From Pseudovirgaria hyperparasitica (Eukaryota): DNA of 64,000 nt. A program made the translations under genes and the position numbers. Below are positions 12,441-24,399 of the stretch, piece after piece. The stretch lies in the NCBI GenBank assembly GCA_010093815.1, contig ML996583.1, one strand, 5' to 3'. Under the pieces are notes generated by a model. The model saw only the letters and a list, made by a program, of their open reading frames with translations. It had not been told where the DNA came from and ran no database searches. How positions within the stretch are numbered: the first letter of the stretch is position 1; each line of letters opens with the position of its first letter.

Positions 12441-14469
12441 ATGTCGAGCGGTCCTTGGACGCCTGAGCGCAGTTTTCCGGGCGCTCAAGCGGGCGGCATA
12501 CGACGTTCCTTTACAGTCCCGGCGAAACTGGAAACATCCCGATCGGCAAATGCTCCGTCTTCTCCAGGAACGGAGAATATAGAGACATTGTTCACTCATT
12601 CCTTTGCACGCGTCGTATCCTTTACATCTCAAACCCCTACCGCAAGCGCAGACAGACGCTCCTCCCTTCCTTCTACAAGCCATGCTGGACAAAGCATGCC
12701 ATGGGGCTCTCCCACCGAGCGCACCATGGCTGCAGGTACGTTCACCAAGAAATCTGTCTCGGTCACATTACTCATTATCTGCAGGTCCCGTAAAGATGTA
12801 CCGTGTTCCCAACTCTGTCTCGTTCCTGAATTCCGGAAACTTCCTCCACCCAATCCTTCCTAAGTCTCAATGCTGGTGTGTGGACGATCAAGGAAAATTT
12901 GTCTTGAAGGCTAGAGGTAACAACTACTATCGCATTGAACTGGCATACCAGACAGAAGAAGATAAAGGTGTTATCGAGGACTTCAAGACAACCTTGAGCA
13001 AGGTCCTACAATTTGAAAAGACACCATGTCCATTTCGAGGAAACTATGTTGAAGACACCGTAGAGACTCCTCTGCATTCACGGAAGCCACGGCGCGATAC
13101 GCTGGAGCGGGCGAAGAAGTGGAAGTTCGATAGGAGGTGGAAACCTGAAGGAGCCGAGAGTGTGCCATCTGATGTCTCGGAAGAGAGTGGGCCTTCGGCA
13201 TCTGAGGAAGATGATACTGCTAGCATTGTATCGAGCTCCCACGAGGAAATGTCACGATCGCGTGGCGTAAGTCCGGACGTACGTGGAAGAAGTCCAGCAA
13301 CGATCATAGACACTTCGGGCCCGGGAATCGCGGAGCGAACGAAACGATTACTGGGTAACAGGGCACTTACAGGAGTATTGCAGAGCCCTACTGCATCATA
13401 CTTACCATCTGCTGTTCCAGATACTGTGATTGTTACCCCGAAAGTCAAGCTCATACCAGACGTTGATGCATCCGCCTCTAGTTCATTCGTATTCCCTTCT
13501 GCCAACGCTTCACCGAGTAATGACGTCTCTGCTGCAAGACAACAATTGATAGAACAGCTCAGCTCTCCCGTGCCGGTGGATTTCCGGTCTGATCACAGCC
13601 CAGCCACAACCAGTCCCCAAGAGGCTCTAGCTAAAGAGCAACTTGATGCACGAGAGGAAGCGACTACAAACCCAGAGGCCCGATTAGAACCTCGATTGAA
13701 TTCTCTAGAGACCCTAGAGGAAAATCTCAGGTCGCCAGAAGCTTCAAACATACTGACGCATTCGACCAGCTTTGATTCCTTCTACTCTCTCGCGAGTGGA
13801 GACCCTCACCCTCGCTCCCCGTCCATTTTGGACTCGGAGTCCCTGTATGATGACCCACTACCCGATACTGAGGCACTCGATATTCAACGGACACTCTCTC
13901 ACAAACGTGGCATATCAGAAATGACTATCATACCTACTGAGTTCAGCGGCCACGCATCACCGAAGGGGGCCGCTCAATCATCTCCACCTATCATAAGGAT
14001 CGGGTCAGAGCCCACTACGCCTACGCTGATGAGTGACACTGAAGACTCATTCGAGCCTCCATTACCTGACGTTCTTACACCCCCTGACGCTATTCGGCTG
14101 CGAAAGCTGACAGGCGCTTCGCAACGACGTGCTTATTCCCCTATGCCACACCCATCCAATATAATCAGCACCAGCCGATCAAGGAGCCAAACACGGTTAA
14201 TAGCATCTACCATCGTCCAAAAGACATGTGCTCTATTACTAAGCCCACCATCGCACCTAGTTGAGCTGATGTTCCGCATTGCAGCGCGGATAGCTGCGGG
14301 TTTTGGAGTTGGGACTTATGACCTTGGACGCGCTTTTCGAATACCAGGATCTTGGGAGTCAGCAGAGGACGAGGATGAATACGGTGAAGACGATTATGGC
14401 ATACCGCTACAACCCATAATTAGCCACGAAAGCCGAGACGGTAGCATGTCTTCCACAAACCGAATGTGA
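12441..14469 (+). CDS. INP1: Inheritance of peroxisomes protein 1 (Inp1 domain); intron 12736-12784
   Basis: PWGSPTERTMAA|GPVKMYRVPNSVSFLNSGNFLHPILPKSQCWCVD...YYRIEL...VLQFEKTPCPF, followed by a Ser/Pro-rich tail. Confidence 0.85.
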
Positions 14470-16153
14470 TAGTACTGCGATCGAACAATGACTTGTATCT
14501 TTTGCATGTTTTGAGGCAATATGGAGTTGAGCATTGATACCAAGGGGCGCTGGCATATGAATGCTTCGGGAAAGGGAGTTGGATCATCTTTTTGCATGCT
14601 GGAGACTGGACATGATCAATGAAGGAGTAAAGTGATTATTGACTATTTTGATGGATGTCTACATGGTAAACTTAGTTCATCACACATGCACTTTACAAAC
14701 AGCCACACACTTTAATGGCATAGGCGCCTCCTTGTCCATATTCGCATAGGAGAATCGTCTTCTCAACGGTGACAATGTCGGTCACCAGCTAGCTGTTGAG
14801 GGATATATGAGAGACCCTGGGGGCTTTCGCGTCCACTTGACTGGCTCTATGGGATTCAGCCGTAGCTGATAAGAGGAAGATGCTGAAGGCAGCAGTCATT
14901 TCCGGTCAGTCATACATGGACTGTCGGTATCTTTGTATCAGCTATTACCAGGCTTCGCGAATGACGAGTTGGATAAATGCAGAGTGGCTGACCGGACCCC
15001 TATCAGGCCCTAACAGCCGGGATTGCGTGGCGGGCAACAGGGCTGGTCTAGTCCCTGTTTCCCCTCTTTCTCGGGTCGTATCCGGGCTGTAAAAAGACCC
15101 TGCCACCCTGCCACCGTATTCTGCTACATATGCCTCTTTCTGTCTTGGCGATGCGACAATACATTTTCAAACAGGCTACTAAACACTTGCATGCGCTCTT
15201 TGTCGGATTCTGAGGACAATTCCTCTTGTAATAAGTCTGCTATCTTGCCGCGCTGTCGTGGTCTGAGGACATGCATCGAGGTCGCTTGGCAGAAACATCA
15301 ACAACAACGACAACCTCACCACGTCTTACCGCTTTCTTGTCCCCGATGGATAGCACGTAAACACTCCGTCGACCGTCATGGTTGAGACATATAACCTTCA
15401 AGACGGCTGGGCCCAATAATTTCCTGTCGTGTTGTTAGCATCGCCGGCAGTGCAGTTGGCTGAGGCTGGTGATATATTCGCGGCCCAGCCGTCTGTTTAC
15501 TCCCATCCATCCACGATGCACCATCTACTCCATATACACAATCGTGTCATCGGCCAGCCATCTTCACGCGCACAATTCGCGCATCAACGTATGGCACACC
15601 GTCCAACGATAGACTTCTTACACACGCACCTAATCATACATGTAGATTGTAGCTCCATCCTCCTGTCGCCACTGTCAGCTTCCTGGCAAATATGACAGCT
15701 GCTCACCCACACCTGCTGCTAAGCTACCTGCCACCATATTAATGAATCAATCTTCGTGCTCATTAGTGACCCTGTACCACTTGTAGACAGCACGCGTGGA
15801 TAATATATTCTCCTATGTGGCCTAGTTCTATGTGCGGTCAAAGTCCTTTATTCCTCGTCCATCTATCAGGCCTAGTTTCGGAGCGTTTGCTTGCTTCGTT
15901 GTCTTGGTCTCGTTGGCAGGCCTGTCGGACGCTGTGCTGCTATACTGGAACTTGGACCTAATTTGCGTGGACCTTATTGCAGCATATATTGCTAAGAGCT
16001 TAGGATTATTTTCCAGTGTCTATCCTGCGAATTCGACGGTGAGATTAAAGCATTCGACTCTGTGGAGACCTGTTTGCATCATATACCAGCCAACCCAGGA
16101 ACACTTGAAGACGAGGGACCTTGAATCCTCAAGAGCACGATTTAAAGATTAGT

Positions 16154-17701
16154 ATGACTGCTTCCCAGCGCACGCAACGTCCTCAGCGCTCATTCGCAAA
16201 CATGGCCTCCCTATACAACTCCCTCGCCGACCACTTAGGTGTCCCATACTCGGACTTCCCATCACCTCCACCCTCAGTCTCTCCCGCTCCAAGTCTTCAC
16301 TACCCGGAGCACTCCATCTCGCTCCACACGCCCTGGAGAGATCTCGATACCATCCGACCGTCTGCCCCGTCACCTCCACCCCCAATCCCGCGCAAGTCCT
16401 CCCGTAGAGAATCCCTGGGCATGCACTACCCCCCGATCCGCCCACGTCTGTTCAGCGTCGCCTCTGTCGAAGACCTTGGACTGCCAAGTGAAGGCGCGCC
16501 TGTAATGCCTACCTTCATTCGCCGTCATAGTCCTCTTGCGGAGCGACCGCCTGCCAGAATAATGTCTCGCGTCGACTCAGGCATGTACCTCGGCACCTCT
16601 GCCGCGAATATCGGATCTAGCTTAAGATCGAGCTCGACCAGTAGCTCGTCGTCTATGCGATCTGTCGGAAGTAATAAGTCTGCGTCAAGCTTCCAGAGTG
16701 CGAGCGATACCTCTGCTTCGAGTGTGGAGAGTTCTAGTGAGGCGACAGAGTTGTGTCGCAAAGCGACTCTGCCGCGTTACACCCTGTCGGACCCGCCTAT
16801 AACGCTGCTTGAGTCGCCTCCTACTTCAATATCCGTATCTACGACACATGAATCCGTGTCTGTAGTTGCATCGCCTTCTTCATTTTCCTCCCGTGTCAAC
16901 CGTCTGGATCAACAGGAGACCACACCTACCACCCCTCTTCAATCGCCGTCCAGACGTACCTCCTCGTCACTGCCAACGACTTCACCAACATCCTCTCCAA
17001 AGGCCTCACCTAGAGCCTCCCCAAGAGCCTCCCCAATATCCTCCCACCTCTCACCCTCAAGCACACCCCCAACAGCAAGCTCCATACCAGCACGCCTACG
17101 CCACCACACCTCGCCCCAGAAACCTGACCTGCGCAGCCTGCGGACCCAGGACTCCGAAACCAGCCTGCAGCGCGTCTATGAGGCGCAGACAGCCACGTAT
17201 CTAGATGGCCCAGTCTTCACGCCCAGTCCAACCTGGAAGCCGCGATACAGGCGCGTTGTGAGCGAGGGGAGTAGGCCGACGGAGAAACACAAGGAGAAGG
17301 AGAAGGAGAAGAGTACAGAGAGAGTGAAAGAGAGAGTAAAAGAGATGGAGAAGGCCATGGAGAGGACGAAGAGCGGCGACCAGCACCCAAAGGAAAGCGC
17401 CACGCTCAAAGCACCGCGTAAATCCTCACTATCATCCTCATCATTATCACCATCAACAATCACCCGCCCAGAACCAACCCTCACACGTAACCCCCGCCGC
17501 ACAAACACCCCTCTCGCATCCTCGCTCCGAAAACGAGAAGCAGCAGGCGATATCCTCCGTCCCGCGCTCCAGGGCTTCCTGACTACGCCGTCGGAGTTGG
17601 CGCAGAGGCCGCGCGGCAGAGTGAGGTCCAGTATGGCGCGTGGAGATGGGCTGCAGAGGAGAAGTGGGAGGCCGAGGGTGAGGTTTGATGTTGATGCTTG
17701 A
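16154..17701 (+). CDS. Hypothetical Ser/Pro-rich, probably disordered protein
   Basis: Uninterrupted ~515-codon ORF from ATG 16154; PPPIPRKSSRR motif; no recognisable domain. Confidence 0.65.
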   Translation: MTASQRTQRPQRSFANMASLYNSLADHLGVPYSDFPSPPPSVSPAPSLHYPEHSISLHTPWRDLDTIRPSAPSPPPPIPRKSSRRESLGMHYPPIRPRLFSVASVEDLGLPSEGAPVMPTFIRRHSPLAERPPARIMSRVDSGMYLGTSAANIGSSLRSSSTSSSSSMRSVGSNKSASSFQSASDTSASSVESSSEATELCRKATLPRYTLSDPPITLLESPPTSISVSTTHESVSVVASPSSFSSRVNRLDQQETTPTTPLQSPSRRTSSSLPTTSPTSSPKASPRASPRASPISSHLSPSSTPPTASSIPARLRHHTSPQKPDLRSLRTQDSETSLQRVYEAQTATYLDGPVFTPSPTWKPRYRRVVSEGSRPTEKHKEKEKEKSTERVKERVKEMEKAMERTKSGDQHPKESATLKAPRKSSLSSSSLSPSTITRPEPTLTRNPRRTNTPLASSLRKREAAGDILRPALQGFLTTPSELAQRPRGRVRSSMARGDGLQRRSGRPRVRFDVDA

Positions 17702-18464
17702 GGGGGTTGGAGGCGAAGAAAATAGAGACGAACTGGACTCGGTTGGATTGGGTTGAATTAGATTGTATATATATCTATACCCTTTTTAAACGAATGAATT
17801 GGTTGGAGCAGGTATGTCTGTGTTCATAGAAATCGAGCTGAGGTGATCGGCCTTAGTTGCTCGCCGGGCACCTGTCAGGCAGCATTCTAGTCAAGCGATA
17901 TCATTCTTGGATCATTCAGACGAGGAATCGAAGACTATAATGGAGAATTTATGAACTGGATCCATCAACATAACTCTCTATCGCTTTCTTCCCATGGTGC
18001 CTTTTTCTCCTTTTCCTTTTGATCTCCTTTCATCCCTGAGTTCGCTAGAACTATCCTTAATTATTACAAAGTATGTATATATAATGTTACTTTATCAATC
18101 TAAATGAGTAGACCACTTGCATTGTTTTAGTAGATGACTAGGATTGTTTTAGTGGATATGTGTGTTAGTATGGTCATAGTATTACATCTATTGTATTACT
18201 GATTTAGTTTGTCCCGTGGTCTAATTGTTGTACATGGACTACTCGCTCGTGTAGCTATATAGTGGTGTCGTTCGTCTTGTTTGTCGTTGTGGTTATGCCA
18301 CTGCAGTAAGAATCCACTAGATTGGCCGTATGGAATCACGTTATGAGACCGAACATAGAGGCGTTTATCTCCCTATAGGTATAGATAGTAGCAGCAGAGG
18401 CCATTTTAAGCTTCATTTACCATGGGATCTAAGTCCTTAGTCGACCCGTCACCCGTTACCCGTA

Positions 18465-19220
18465 ATTAGTTATCCGTCACCCGCGGTCGTTGATCGAGGC
18501 CGAGGGATCCGGGAACGGGGCGGGGCGCACTACCTGATTGAGCCTTAGCGTCCTCTGTGTACCACAATTGTGGAAAATCAAGTTTTGGAAAGGTTCTTCT
18601 TGACGAATGAAGACCCCGCCTGTGACCTATTTGAGACCAAAGTGTCCAGAGCGATTCCGTAGAGGGGTCGTAATCTTACTTCTTTAGGTGGTTTCGGCGG
18701 TAAGAGAAGAATGTTCACCTTTGATGACATTTGCGGAGTTTGCAAGTAGGAAACAGTAATAGAGGGTCGTGGATCGCTATCTTCCGATCCTCTACTATGT
18801 TCAAACCCTCTATGTATGTTGAAAATCTATATGTAGTGATAGACAAATTAAAAATACTCTAGCTCCAGAGTCCTTGAGTAAGAAGGTACTCAGGATTATC
18901 GGTTTTAGAGGTGAATAAAATGTTTAATTGTAGTAAGTTTCGCTTACGAGATCGACGACGTTTGCATTCCTCTGTTACTATACATTATGCTAAGAAGTCT
19001 AAATCTTACATGTTTCCTTCTATGATTAAATAAGATAGTCCGGGTTATGGATTGTCGTACTTCCGCGCGCAATTCGCATTACTACTACATTAAGTTTTTT
19101 CTTATGTATATCAGCTCTCTACACTCTAATTACTGCTTATAACTAGTATCAAGTAAAGGTGATGTTATAGAGATATACTATTTAGATAATAGCGACATCA
19201 AAGGTGAGATTTTAGTAACA
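18465..19220 (-). pseudogene. Possible RIP-degraded gene or element relic
   Basis: AT- and TpA-rich; one minus frame has only 6 stops over the 200 codons 18481-19080 and reads protein-like; no family recognised. Confidence 0.3.
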
Positions 19221-20143
19221 GGGAGTTGGAACGGCGATCGGTGATTATCTTGGACCACTGTTGCTTGGGCAAACACCACAGTCCAGGGCTTGGGCGTTAC
19301 CCGCGGCGGCGGAACACGTCCACGACCTCCCTCTTCATTCACCATTACTCTACCTTTCATACACCCAACCGCGCCCAACATGTTTCAAGTATAAACGTTG
19401 ACAACCAGCGCCTCAATACTTTTTTTCCCAATCGACGTTGTTCGAATCACCACAGCGATGCGTGCCACCATAGCCACGACTGTAATTGCAACAGGCACCC
19501 ACCTACCAGTCAAAAGTGCTACGGAAGCCAGACGCAGGCATGCGCGTCCGGAGCGAGTGGAGTCGGCAGATTTATTACTGCTTAACACGACGAGCATATG
19601 GTTGCAGCCATGCACTAACAGGGTTGTCCCTATGTCGGTGATGGAGATATCTCCACTATGGACTGTCGCAAACGTGACGTTCTCAGCAGCAACTGACATG
19701 CACTTGACACCGGGCAAGAGTAAGGAATGCAGAGTAAAGACTTTACCGTGAAGCCCGCGATTAATTACTCCATGACCGAGGAATAGTTCAGCCTCGTAGC
19801 CAAAGTCGAAAACGACACGTGATCCGACTCCGAGACCAGATGATATTAGAACCTTGGCCAAACCTCACATCATTCGACCAATGAACGGTTCTGTTGCATT
19901 TTTAATCTTACTAACGTATACTTCTCAATTATAGAAATACTTAGACACTTCTTAATACTATTAATTTGTTTCCATAAGTGATCTCTTTATAGTAAATATA
20001 TAGGATATATTAGTAGTATTTGATAGATATGCTTCTTCCGCACCCCTACTCGATATGTATTCCGACAGATTGATACTCGTAACAGTCGTGGCATATGCAA
20101 GTTAGAGCGTCGTCCAATGATCGATTAAGTTGGCCCGTTAGTG

Positions 20144-20197
20144 GGTGGCCCCGCGCCTGAAAATGACAGTCTCGGTGGCCTCTCGCCTGAAAATGAC
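20144..20197 (+). repeat. Imperfect 30-bp-period direct repeat (GGTGGCCYYKCGCCTGAAAATGAC x2)
   Basis: ggtggccccgcgcctgaaaatgac at 20144 and ggtggcctctcgcctgaaaatgac at 20174. Confidence 0.85.
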
Positions 20198-21102
20198 GGG
20201 CTGAGCTTAGTTTAATGCATCTTGTCTTTTGCCGACCAACACTATTGGCTCCATTTGTCAGAACGACTACCAAGCTGTGCCACAAGATCAGATTGTAAAG
20301 AATTCGTGTATATCCATGTAAAGACAACATTGGCCGAATTCGCCAATGGCATGAGCTGTGTGTGACTGGTTAAGGATGCGACTTTGCTCGGACGAGAGGC
20401 ATGCAGCAGTAGATGCACTATAAAGAGTTGAGGATTCGTCCAGTCTTTCTAGCAATCTATACTCAGCTCTTTCATCATTGAAGGAATCTTTCTCTGAAGC
20501 GAATATACAGACAAAGTTGTGGTGTGTCTTTATCAGTTTGTCTTGTGAACTCTCCTGGTTGTCTTGACTTGCTCCTAAGTCTACTCGTCGTTTATATTGA
20601 CTATCAATTCTACCATCAGTCCTTCACTCATATAGAGCTCACACTTTTCCGGCAAGGCTATACCCTCAGTGACCACCCTGGCAATCGTGCTCTGAGTCAA
20701 CTCTCATCACTGTAACGTCTGCAGTATAGTTGTAAGTTGACTGGCTCCTTCATCACCTGTCACCGGGCTCGATTCGACCGTACATTAATACTCGTCGTCT
20801 AGGCATGAGTATTATCCAAACATTTGTTTGACGAGGACGAAGTCGAGAACAGAGACGGAGTTCTGTCCTCAGCTGAAGCATTATAATATATTCACGCAGC
20901 CCAATACCCTCACGACTGGCGCTTTGAACTCCTTCGCTTCCTGACTATTGAAACATTTTGATCGTCCTCAATTATTCATACGGTTCTTGCAAGCAATCTC
21001 TCGACCAAAGCAATTCCCACAGTGGCCCGTGAGATACGCATCAAACGAAAGCTTGAGCTCGCAGCATTCTTGCTCGCAGTCCAGAAACGAACGCCCAGCA
21101 AT

Positions 21103-22599
21103 ATGTCTCGGACTCTTCAAAGACGACCCATTGAGGCTCTTCCTGCGCCTCAGGTTCGAGACGGCATTGAAATCATTGAAAGCTTTATGAAAAGGTACGA
21201 GAGAACCTCGAGGGATTGGTATGAAAACATTGCACAAAAGGCAAGGAGTACATGCGAAAAGCTACTCGAAGGAAGGGTTGAAGCTATGTATGAGCATCGT
21301 GCGAAAGACCCTAAATCCTTGAGGGATAAGCTGTACAAGAGGCACCCGGACTTTGTCCGTAAATCTGTTTTAGACAGATACGGAACCAGAAAGGCTGTCC
21401 CTGGAAGCGAGAAAGGCTACCGGAACCATGAAGATATCAAAGAAGACGTCATTGACTTTGCTGGAGTTCGAATCATCATCTACTTCCCTCACGCGGACCA
21501 ATGGAACGTCGTTCACTCAATGATCAAGAACGCCTTCGACGTCCGCAAAGAGCCAGAAATAGACGATATTGATAGCGCAAATGTCAATCTACTTTATCCA
21601 GGCCTCAAGAAACGACATTATCGTGTCAATATTCGAGAAGAAGAATTCGAGACAGGTCACGATCCAAACGACATCTGCGAGATCCAAGTTCGATCTACAG
21701 CCATGCACGCTTGGGCAATGATTAGCCACAAACATTTTTACAAGCCCCAAGATGATTTCACGTTAAGTGGGGAGGAGAAGGACATACTGATCAGTCTCAA
21801 TGGCCATGTACACTCACAAGAGTTACTCCTTGGGCATCTGTGGGAACTTAGAAGAAACCGTGTGACACCTTTCAGAAGTAAACACGAGCTCGGAAAATAT
21901 CTGGAGGACAACATACCTCAACCGGAAGTGAACTTCGAGCGGAAACAGAAGATCAAGAGCAATAACCGCGACATCAAATTGATATCAAACAACGGGACCC
22001 TAGAGATCCTTAGAAGATTCCTGGAGTTGGCTGGCAAAGACACACCAGAGAAATTGGAACCTGTGCTCCAGAGTCTGGACTTTTCTGATCTCAAAGCCGA
22101 GAATGATAGCCCTAGAAGGATGATCAAAGACCGATTCTTCGCACACCAAAAGCTCAAACCGTCCGTGTACATCATCAAACATATCCTGGATAAGGAACGT
22201 TTGGCAGGCAGTGCTATAAAGTATCGCTACACACGGTATAGTTCCTATTCGGCTAAATTTGCCGTTGTGGCAAGCTCTCTCAGCTGGGTCCATAAACTTT
22301 TCATGGAGTATCAGATCATCGAGGAACTTCTTTGCGACAATGAAAATCAGCACGAGTTCGCAAAGTACATGGATTTCATCTACAATTCACCTGACCGAAC
22401 CACTATTCTGGAACACACTGAAGAGGATATGTGTACTCCGCAGCATAAAGCAGCCATCGATGGCTTGTGGGAATGGTTCGAGAAACACGAGAGTCCGGCA
22501 TTTGCCTTGGTTTTTGAAATCTCCAGGATAGGGGTACTCGAAGATCTTCCTAGGAATCTTTCAAAGATATTTTTTTCGATAAGATATACATCACAGTGA
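21103..22599 (+). CDS. RelA/SpoT-family (small alarmone synthetase-like) nucleotide pyrophosphotransferase domain protein with C-terminal extension; intronless CDS
   Basis: Ordered RSH synthetase motifs HRAKDPKSLRDKL (21295), DFAGVRII (21454), PGLKKRHYRV (21598), EIQVRS (21679), MHAWAMISHKHFYKP; first in-frame ATG at 21103; no HD hydrolase domain seen. Confidence 0.9.
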   Translation: MSRTLQRRPIEALPAPQVRDGIEIIESFMKRYERTSRDWYENIAQKARSTCEKLLEGRVEAMYEHRAKDPKSLRDKLYKRHPDFVRKSVLDRYGTRKAVPGSEKGYRNHEDIKEDVIDFAGVRIIIYFPHADQWNVVHSMIKNAFDVRKEPEIDDIDSANVNLLYPGLKKRHYRVNIREEEFETGHDPNDICEIQVRSTAMHAWAMISHKHFYKPQDDFTLSGEEKDILISLNGHVHSQELLLGHLWELRRNRVTPFRSKHELGKYLEDNIPQPEVNFERKQKIKSNNRDIKLISNNGTLEILRRFLELAGKDTPEKLEPVLQSLDFSDLKAENDSPRRMIKDRFFAHQKLKPSVYIIKHILDKERLAGSAIKYRYTRYSSYSAKFAVVASSLSWVHKLFMEYQIIEELLCDNENQHEFAKYMDFIYNSPDRTTILEHTEEDMCTPQHKAAIDGLWEWFEKHESPAFALVFEISRIGVLEDLPRNLSKIFFSIRYTSQ

Positions 22600-24399
22600 T
22601 GCAGGTTCAGGTTCAACAGAGGTGTATATCGGATTCTCAATACATTATGACATTCAAGTCTGCTGTGTGGGTCTAGACAGAGATTCCATTATGAAGAACT
22701 ATCATATCTCCTGCGTACATGAGATGAACGAGTCCCTTCGCCATTTGTACTGGAAATAACAGAAATTTATCTAGCTTTGTTTCACTAGGCCTTGAACCAG
22801 TTCACATGCAATCGTGGGAACGCCCACTAGACCAATCCGACTCAAGGATTCCCACAGGTAGAAGCCATTAACTGGTCATAAGGGACCATGCGCTAAAGAC
22901 ACTACCAAGTGCCCACAGAATGTGTGTGGTAATTCTCTGCATTTAGATCCTGGCTAACACAGTGTGGACGAGCATGTAGGCTATCTCCATGCTCAGCAAG
23001 TCAAGCAAGAAACAGAGCGGTGGAGATTTTCGGTAGAGGCTTACCGAAATGCCCTTTAGTCTCGAAAGTACCACTATTACCTCGGAGGCTCGGACACACC
23101 TCAGAAAGGTATCGACGCTGCCCTCAATGACCCTTGTCCGGTCTGACACGGATGGTGAGTTTCAGTACAACCCATGGGAATACACTGTTTCGTCTCGAGT
23201 TAAAAGCTATTAAGCTTTGAACTTAGAGTCAAGTTACGCATAATTTTTTCATTTCTGCACTACTCAAGGCGTTGCTCGGAGAGGAGCTCATGGATATTTG
23301 GTGTCGACTAGGCTCCAACCGAGCTCCAATGGAGCTACGGTTCGAGGGCAACGGCATAGACAGACGGTCAATAGCCTCATAGAATCCAAATTCTATTGTC
23401 ATGTGTAGGTTATGAAAATATGAGGGACTACGAAATCTGACGATCTGTTGGTATTACTTGCAATAAGGAGTTGCAGGGATGAATGAAGTAAAGGGACGTG
23501 CGAGTAGATCGAGATGACCGTTACGTCGCATACCTGGCTTTCCCACTTTTCCGTCATTTACCGATGTCGCATTCAGATTATGCTTAAATGGAATTGCCTA
23601 CCCACTGTGCGAAGTGAGGTAAACGAAACATCAACGAGAACGGGATGTTGGACCACACGTTGGCCTGCACATTTCTCTGCAGAACCCGTGATTACTGTAA
23701 GTGCGTCTGACAGGAATGAGCAGCGATGGTATAATGCTACCGGTCTCTGTATGATTGCGTGCAGACGCTGGAATATTACTACTTCCGTGTTAGATGAAGC
23801 TTCTGAATACTGCTATGTCTAGTTGGCACAAGTCTTCTCGGTAGACGAGGCAACTCGTGAAGAAAACTGTATCCTTGTGAGCTCGGGTGAGCTCATTAAC
23901 CTCAATCAAAGCATACCTGGGTAGGATCATCGGTCGTCATTCGTATTCCAGAGTATGTCATTCGTACTCCAGAGTGTGGTGCTGTTTGTCTGTCCCTAGA
24001 GCTGTAAATATGAAATCCAGTTGTGATGGCGGCAATCACGCTTCAGGCAAACATTGTGTGGAAATGATACTCCAAGGTTGGTCCTTCGTAGCAGGGACTA
24101 TGATCAGTCATATCACCAACCTGTAACAGAGTCTCCGTCAGTAGTAGTACTATGAATATATATATATAGAGAGAGAGCGCCGAGGGAGTTGACGGTCTAT
24201 GTTCAATGGTCTGATCAGACAAGACGAGCCGTCAGTCGATAGTTTTGATAGTCAGAAGTGGCTGCCATTAACTCGCATACTAAAGTGCCTCGTTCGAAGT
24301 CTAGCATACGAGTGGCCATACGCATGTCAGTTCTGAACATGGTGTCACCCTTTCTATATATAACATGTATTGTGCAGCCGTGTCCATTTTTGACCAACG

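Noticed and set aside
21022..21102. GTG start extending the RelA/SpoT ORF
   Set aside because: Eukaryotic gene; the first in-frame ATG is at 21103. A near-cognate extension cannot be excluded but is unsupported
21103..22599. Bacterial contamination or chimeric contig
   Set aside because: Embedded among intron-containing fungal genes with a eukaryote-like leader and no operon neighbours; read-level confirmation still advisable
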